In this document: piece by piece, positions 55,288-64,000 of the stretch | How the letters are laid out: the number at the start of each line of letters is the position of its first letter | How positions within the stretch are numbered: position 1 is the stretch's first letter | From: Eledone cirrhosa | Taxonomy: Eukaryota | Assembly: GCA_964016885.1 (NCBI GenBank) | Contig: OZ024740.1 | Location: 121,706,001-121,770,000 of the forward strand | Length of the DNA: 64,000 bases | Reading direction: 5' to 3' | Notes under the pieces: model-generated | Database searches by the model: none | Seen by the model: the letters and a program-made list of their open reading frames with translations, nothing else | Told to the model about the DNA's origin: nothing | Program-made: the position numbers and the translations under genes

Positions 55288-55370
55288 CATAACTCCAATA
55301 CAATTACATAAATAAACATTTTTGGAAAATAAGTTCACGTCATATATGAAATGATTTTGATTATATAATG
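54409..55370. repeat. Large palindrome with ~470-490 bp arms and a 6-nt loop (54899-54904)
   Basis: Arms are near-perfect reverse complements; each contains a (TA)n and a (TG)n tract. Confidence 0.95.
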
Positions 55371-55638
55371 TTCACGTGACAGAAAATAATTTCATTTATA
55401 ACCAACCAAAAAAAAAGCCTTCGTGAGCCCCCTTTTTTCAAGTAAAAAGAAATTCAAACACTCATATATGAAAAAACAACCTGTGACACCTCCTCTCTTA
55501 TTTGAAGAAGTATTGTAACGCGAACTGGCGCGAAATTTATTATAATTATTGACAAAACTGTCAAATTACTTCTCGAAAAACCTGGCATTTCGAGCCACTT
55601 TTTCCATATAAAACAAGTAACATTCAGAGACCAACCAG

Positions 55639-55842
55639 ATGTGAGAAAAACCACAGAACCTCCATCTCAACTCACCTTTTGAAAAGCAGAAGAACTGCGA
55701 AACCGGTAAAGGAACCAAATAAATGTATATATTTAAAAAAAAAATAAGACTCCAGTTGCATTTTCGATTTCATCTCTTTTTCTTTATACTTTCAGTCGTG
55801 TAGGACACCTCCGTTATTTTTGATTTTGTAAAAAAACCTCAC

Positions 55843-55850
<8 letters not shown>
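55639..55850 (+). mobile_element. PLE pseudo-LTR with U3-A8 HHR (55675-55712)
   Basis: Near-identical to 33883-34095; ends ctcactttctaa then (TA)n. Confidence 0.85.
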
Positions 55851-55928
<78 letters not shown>

Positions 55929-55931
55929 TAT

Positions 55932-56008
<77 letters not shown>

Positions 56009-56708
56009 TTGTATATGGTTTATCGCTCAGAGAAAAGAGTACTAAATACCGAAGTAAAGTTTTGATATTCATTTTCTTAAGGCTAAATATTTACTCTTGT
56101 TATTCTGGAGCTTCAACTGTTTATCACAGGCGTATTCGTTAAGAACTGAATAAAGTGAATATTAAAGTGAATATATATGTAAAAAAGGTGGTTTGGGTTG
56201 GTAATCGATGATACAGTAAATTAATTAAAGCATTCAACGTTATGCAAATCCTCCATCGTAGATATGGTATCCCATGAAAATATTCATTATAACAACAGGA
56301 TACCGGACTGGAAAATTAAATTCAGAATGTTAATACTGTGAAAGCACTATACATATTCCGATTGTCCAGCCCTATCATCTACTTCTGATGAAAAGATGGA
56401 CCATTTCATCAGGCGTTATTTACAGAAATTATATAAACGTTTAACGATGAACACAAACAGAGAATGGAAGGTCGAATATAGATAAACAGATTAACAAAGT
56501 AAATGATTGCCTCGATTCGGGAACAGCTTGCTAGTTTGGAGTTATGTAGATGATACACAGTCCACGAATGTCACGTTATCATTTAACGCCAGCATTGTGG
56601 ACTGGTAGCGTGGTGAAGAGGGTGAGGGTTGACATGTGATCAAAATAATACAACCGTCCTTAAGAATGCCAATCATTAATTAGAACTAAATTATATATAT
56701 ATACATAT

Positions 56709-56780
<72 letters not shown>

Positions 56781-57337
56781 TATATTATATATATATATAT
56801 ATATATGTATACGGGGTAACAGATTATTGTTATAGGCAGTCCACTTAAGAGTAGTCCAGTTATGGTACTCCGGGTAGTGGATGATATCACCGCTTGGCTA
56901 AGTTTAACTCAACAAGGCGTTTCCATAGTGATGTTGCGAGTTCCCTGTAATTCCTATGTTGTAAACACTTGGAGTAATGATAAATCAGGAAAGAAGAGTG
57001 ACACGGTTTGCTATACAAAAAAGATCTTTAATCTCATTCTGACAATTGTTTCTCTGAACTGGTAGGTCTAGAGATCGCTACCCGCTTGTTTTCACGTTAT
57101 TCGATCACCAATACAAAGTTATAACCAGTCAATTCATCGGAGCTTGTGAGAATGAAAGGAATATACAGGCATGGCTACTATATATAGTAGTAATGGCATT
57201 CAATCAGAACAATAACAACAATACTAACAATGCTAGCAATAAATTATTTGGAATAATCACAACATCACACTAGGTGGGAAGTATAGTATATCTACGATTT
57301 TAGCGTGTAAAACTAGCTGACATGAGGCAGATGTATA

Positions 57338-58415
<1,078 letters not shown>

Positions 58416-58474
58416 ATTTAGACTAAATACAAATGGCGTAGAAAATACAATGCAACGGGAGGAAACAATAGCAC

Positions 58475-58512
58475 CACTGACGATGTTGGAGATGTGCAAC
58501 GAAAGAACTTTG
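58475..58512 (+). ncRNA. Minimal HHR in a pseudo-LTR (58425-58775)
   Basis: ca-CUGACGA-u-guug..caac-GAAAG-aa-CUU-ug; stem II differs from the 18351 homolog but stays paired; stem I is only 2 bp. Confidence 0.55.
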
Positions 58513-58777
58513 ATAAACTATATATATGTGTTTGTGTCTGTATTTTATCTGTATTATTTTTGACCCTTGGTCAGTCAATGGCAACATTGAGGACCAAATA
58601 AATTAGATTACCGATATAAAAGACACAGAAGCTAAGAGCGAAAACAAACCAAACAGTGAGTGCGTTCTGTTATTAATTCTGGCAATATTACACAAATAAG
58701 ACCCTCCCCAAGTATAACAATATTTGTTTCGACACACGATTTCATATCAAAAACCGCGCAAAACTAATTCATCGCCG

Positions 58778-58882
<105 letters not shown>

Positions 58883-59011
58883 TGGTAAAACAACAGTTAG
58901 TTCACCATGCCGAGAACAATTGTTTAACCTTGGCGGATCGTCAGCTCGTAATATATATAAATATATATATATATATATAAATATATACACACACACACAC
59001 ACACACACAGA

Positions 59012-59058
<47 letters not shown>

Positions 59059-59183
59059 CTTTGTAGAATTAGCTTTTAATGAATTCCCTTTTCTATCAAA
59101 CAATGACCTGCACCCATCCCACTCCCCACCCTCTCCTACCACTTGTAGAGACCTATAAATACCATATTTATTTTTTGATACCC

Positions 59184-59234
59184 AGATTCCTGATGATTTC
59201 TAATGAATGAAACAGTTCTAGTCCTGTAGAATCT
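59184..59234 (+). ncRNA. Type I HHR, canonical core, in a solo pseudo-LTR (59057-59318)
   Basis: agauuc-CUGAUGA-uuuc-uaau-gaau-GAAACAG-uucuaguc-CUGUA-gaaucu; TATAAATA at about 59155; predicted cleavage after 59228. Confidence 0.85.
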
Positions 59235-59316
59235 CATCTATATTAAAACTGTTATACTCTGCTATGTATTGAGTACCTTACTTACTGTGGTTACCTCCGA
59301 TTCAACCCGGAATAAC

Positions 59317-59413
<97 letters not shown>

Positions 59414-59460
59414 AATATAAATAAATATCCACGGGTGTGTATGATTGCGTATAGAAGATT

Positions 59461-59739
59461 ATATTAATAAAAGGAATTCCAACTTTGTCTGGTTTACTCG
59501 TTTTATTTACAATCTTTTAACATTTGTAATGGTATTATTTTCACAGTTGAAAATTGCAAACTTGACTGTCACCAAAGAATATGAACCTGAAGATTGCGAA
59601 AGCATGAAAGTACTTGTTCAATTAACACTTAACATGTAATATTCTACCATACTATTTCATTCTAATACCATTATAAATGTTAAAGGATTGTAAATAAAAT
59701 GAGTAAATCAGACAAAGTTGGAATTCCTTTTATTAATAT
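59461..59739. repeat. Fold-back with ~76-bp arms and a minimal HHR in the loop (59582-59620 plus)
   Basis: ugaac-CUGAAGA-uugc-gaaa-gcau-GAAAG-ua-CUU-guuca; palindromic stem III AGUACU; predicted cleavage after 59615. Confidence 0.85.
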
Positions 59740-59747
59740 CTATATAA

Positions 59748-59785
<38 letters not shown>

Positions 59786-62283
59786 AGTGGAATATTTGCT
59801 ACAGCTTAATACAACAAATATGAATCACTCCCTTAATTCAGGTCCGCTTACAGAGGTGACTTGTAGGTCTATTTTTACTAATTATTTTATAAATTAAACT
59901 GTATCACGATCGCAATCTTTCTTTCCTTCTGTTAGTTATGTACATTTCTGTAAACGCTTTCTCCTGCCTTTCTCTTTACATATATCAACAGTTTCTCATA
60001 TATTTAAAGAGACACTCCTGTACTTTATACATAGACGGTGACGGCCCTCTAATCCCCGTTAACCCTATATAATTAATGCAAGACATGGTAATTAGTTAAT
60101 AAAACTATTGTCTGGATTTTTTCTACTTTGATGGTAAATTACGAACATTACAATATATTCAAATCAGAACTATTTCATATAACATATCCAGTCGGAAAAA
60201 AAGTAATAAAAATGTTATGTTGGACACTTTAAAACATAGTATGTACATCATGCATTAAGTACTACCTTTTTCTTTCGTTTATAAACAGCAATATTCATAT
60301 GTGTAACTTATCGTCTATTTTAGTTTGGTGTTCTATAATATACAGACATGTTGTCTGTTATTATTCTCCCTTCGAATGTTTCGTAATATGCGGATTATTA
60401 TATTGCAACTGTGCCTTAAAATTCCCGGTGACCATTCGGAAGACTCTCGTACTTGTATTTAAGGCACAATCACGTGATAAAATAGATATCCAATAGTGTA
60501 TCAACCACACAAAATACACACATCATGAATACGTGATTTCTGAAGCCTAACTGTATGGTTTAATCATTACAATATAGTAGGAAATCCAAAACCGAATAGG
60601 ACAGGAAGAATTGCGTATAATTAAATGAAATAAGTAACATTATAATAAATGGTACAATCAAGACAAGCCCACACCTCTCCTGGTGATGAGGCTGGGAAAC
60701 TACAGAAACATTAAACAGTTATGGATTAGGAATGTTTTTGTTCCAAACGAACTGTAGATGCCTTCATAAAATCTATGAGCAGACACTAATACAAAAATGA
60801 AACTGCAAATAGTCATGTCTGCAGCAACAACACCATCAACAATAACATGCACACACACGCCCACTCATATACACGTATTGTACACGGACTTACGCATGTA
60901 CATATACACATATATTTCTGTGCATGAATAATTGCCGTATTTGAGCTTTGTATTCATATAAGAAGGTCTGGGGAAGTTAATATGTCTATCAGATTATCAA
61001 TGGTTATCTGGCCTATGTCCATGATTATAAATGATCGTCTGGATTCATTTAAACATAATTAAGTTATATTTCATATATTTTTCATTAATCTATTTGCGTA
61101 TCTCTTTCTACAAACAAAAATGAATAGCCTTACAAAGTCCCCGACGTCTCTCATAATTTTGTACGACTATTGCTAGTTATTTCGTCATATACTTTTATAT
61201 TGAATGTATAACGATTATGATCTGTATAGAAAGTCGAGCGACATTGCACTGATTTTCTTGCATGCAACGTATGCATGGATCATTGATAGATTTCATAACA
61301 TCACCCCAATAATGCGCCAGGACATTATTTTCAATTTATAAATATTCCGAAAATAGAATATATAGGTAAGAAGTTAAAGCAGTGGCGCCCAATTCATTTT
61401 TATCAATTGACAACAGTATTAGATACAAAAGGAATTCAATTTAGGAAAGGTGCCACATACAAAGTATGGTTGAGATAATAATGAATGAAATATTAAGTAA
61501 AATACATTGTATAGCGACGGAATGACGCAAGGAAATGCATACATGAGGTTAAATATGCCGATATCTTTTCCCCGCAGAACTCTGTTCATTTCTTCAGTAT
61601 TCTGCTTCATTGGCAGAACACAGGCTCTTACACCCAAACATATATATATATGTGAGTGTGCTTTTATATATATGTATGTTATTTTTCTTCATCAATCCTC
61701 CTTCTATCCTTCAGCATGTCAGTTGCGAAGTTATATGAACTATTTAAATATATTAGTCGATAAATTCTCCAGTAAAAGAAAACTGATAAAAAATAGAAAG
61801 AAAATATCCAGTTCCTAGATTTACAAGATAGACCTAATTGCAGGTATACAAATAATCGATGCACTGGGGGTTGTATCTGCGTATTCTATACTATGTCTTA
61901 TAGCCAAATTGCTCCTTTATGTGTTTACAGTCTAGTGGGCGTGGAAAAGATATAACTCGATTGAATTATATCTCCATGCCAAGTTTTCCAGATTTCTGCT
62001 GATATTATCGTAATTTCATGATAAAAGTTGTATGATGTAAGCGCAATGGACCTGTTTGAAAGGCCACATTTAAAGGTGGAGCAAAGGGGGAACATTATTG
62101 CCCCAACCCTTTTGCCAAAAAGAAGTATATTTTAACAAAAAGTATTTAACATCCTTCAGGTGGCAAACTACATCACATTTTCTCAACCTTAGTAATATGA
62201 GGTTGTTATCAGAAAACAAATGTCGTTGTGTAATACGGTTGTGGCGTTATCGCAAATACAATCTTGCCCTAAACATTCTAAAA

Positions 62284-62430
62284 TGGTTAGTTTAGGAAGG
62301 GCATCCAACCATAGAAACCATGCCATATATGTGATGTATGAACAATATGAGGTCATTCCGACATGTCTTGACTTTGACTGCGAGAAACTGTCTGACTCAT
62401 GCCATTGTGGAAAGAGGGCGTAAAATGAGG
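62284..62430 (+). mobile_element. 3' part of a SINE
   Basis: ttaggaagggcatccaaccatagaaacc...catgccattgtggaaagagggcgtaaaatga resembles a common SINE tail. Confidence 0.5.
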
Positions 62431-62739
62431 AAGGTTAGAATTTTGAATTTAATACCTCTATGTATAAATTTTCAATTTTACATATCAATGCTAGTCGACA
62501 TTCGTATTTAAAATTGGGTTTTTGATGTGTATATAAATTTGTTGGTATGAGGGCTCCACCCTCAACCCTGCAGTGCCCCTGGCGTCAGAAAGTCTAAATC
62601 TGGCCCTACCTCTCTGGGGTTAATAAGATAAGTATGGGTAAAATTTGAAAAGGGAATTGACAAGAAAGTAATCTGAGGCCTTTAAAAAATAAAACGTTGA
62701 TGAATATAAAATTTATGCATTTGCCATCTCCACCGGGAC

Positions 62740-62880
62740 AGGTTTAAGGGACAGGTTCTGCTCGGGGCATTTCTTGGTGAGAGTAGTTACCCTAACAATC
62801 AATGTGAAGACAGACACCAGTCGTAAATGTTCAACATCATTGCAAACTTTCGATTGATCTAAATTGATCAGTGCCTGCAT
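62740..62880 (-). pseudogene. Tiny Tx1-like RT relic
   Basis: ALINLDQSKVCNDVEH matches TLINLDQSKAFDRVDH at about 9560-9606. Confidence 0.55.
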
Positions 62881-64000
62881 ATGTTTTTTATGTTGTTTAG
62901 CGTGTGTGTTGCTGTGAGACAAGAAATATTTTTCGTTGTGGCTTATTTTTAAGTAAATCGTGGCATTTTAATCTGAAAAACCCATGATTACAAAAGTATA
63001 ACTCGAATCCCCCTCTATATTGTTGAGATTTGAATTTCATATGATGGTATCAGGTTCTGGTTGGCCAAATCTCATAATTTGTGTTAATAAAGTGTTTAAA
63101 TTCTGTTGGTTGCCGTTTTGCCACCAAATACACAATTATTTTATATTGCATATCGTCTCTTCCACATTCGATATTAGATAGCTATTTCCAAATAATATAT
63201 GCCTTTCTTAAAAGACGTATATAGAGCCAGTGATCACCACGAACTGGTGAATAGTTTTTTGTTTCTTCTAATCTTTTTTGCTATGCAGAATCCAAGATTT
63301 AACTAAATGTTGTCAACGAAGATTTGTTTTCTCTAGCTGATTTCTTACTATGTGAGATATATATTCTACCTTATTTTTAATGTACTTTATCTCGATTTTC
63401 CTTTCTTTTATCCACCGTATATTGATCAATACTTATTTAAACCCTCTCTTAGCGTTACTGTCAATAAAAACCCATTTGACTTTGAGTATTTGATAAATTA
63501 TATTCTTCTGTTTGCATATACTATTCTTAACAGTCCCCTATAACTCGGAATTTTAATTTTGACCACTTAATATTAATTAAATCATATCACAGAGAATCGA
63601 CTCTTCAGTAATGTTCTTTCACTATAAAAGATTGTGATGATCTGTTGTGTTTATGAGGTCTCATCTAAAACTAAATCGTCGAGAATTTGTAGATTTTCTT
63701 CCAAACTGCATATTATATAATATATCATTTAATGTTTTTCTTTTCTTTTAAACGAAGCACATTTTGAAAGCTAAATTCTATTCATATATATGTGTTGAAG
63801 GCATGTGTTGACTATGGGAAATTATAGATTGAAACATATTGTAGGTAACTAATTCTTATATGCGGATATTTACTATTATCCTTCATTTCTGTAATACTCA
63901 CCCCAGAATCCAATTAAGAAACATTTTTGCATATTACTGTAATATTTCAACCATTTTCCCCTACATAGAAATAAAAAAAATAAATCCATAGAATGTTCCA

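Noticed and set aside
56385-56412. CTGATGA..TCATCAG
   Set aside because: A simple hairpin with no GAAA/NUH geometry.

Overview
AT-rich, microsatellite-dense eukaryotic DNA; the SINE families suggest an octopus or related cephalopod (inference). I can support no host gene. 0.2-12 kb is a cluster of non-LTR retrotransposons around (TAA)n repeats: two R4/Dong copies (one with an unbroken 840-aa RT-CCHC-RLE frame), an inverted, internally deleted Tx1/L1-like element, and two copies of an unclassified repeat. 14-17.5 kb holds head-to-tail non-autonomous Helitrons and a hairpin minisatellite. From 17.5 kb on, (TA)n tracts carry Penelope-like element (PLE) fragments, solo pseudo-LTRs and fold-back palindromes. 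By eye I find about 19 type-I hammerhead ribozyme (HHR) motifs in these. The most notable are: two families with a compensated U3-A8 core (UUGANAA instead of CUGANGA); a 451-nt HHR-to-HHR retrozyme-like unit; inserts that end exactly at the predicted cleavage site; a family with a ~100-nt stem II insert; and a 259-bp tandem/fold-back unit carrying a tRNA-like cloverleaf on an extended stem. All structures were paired by hand, and coordinates of degenerate boundaries are approximate.
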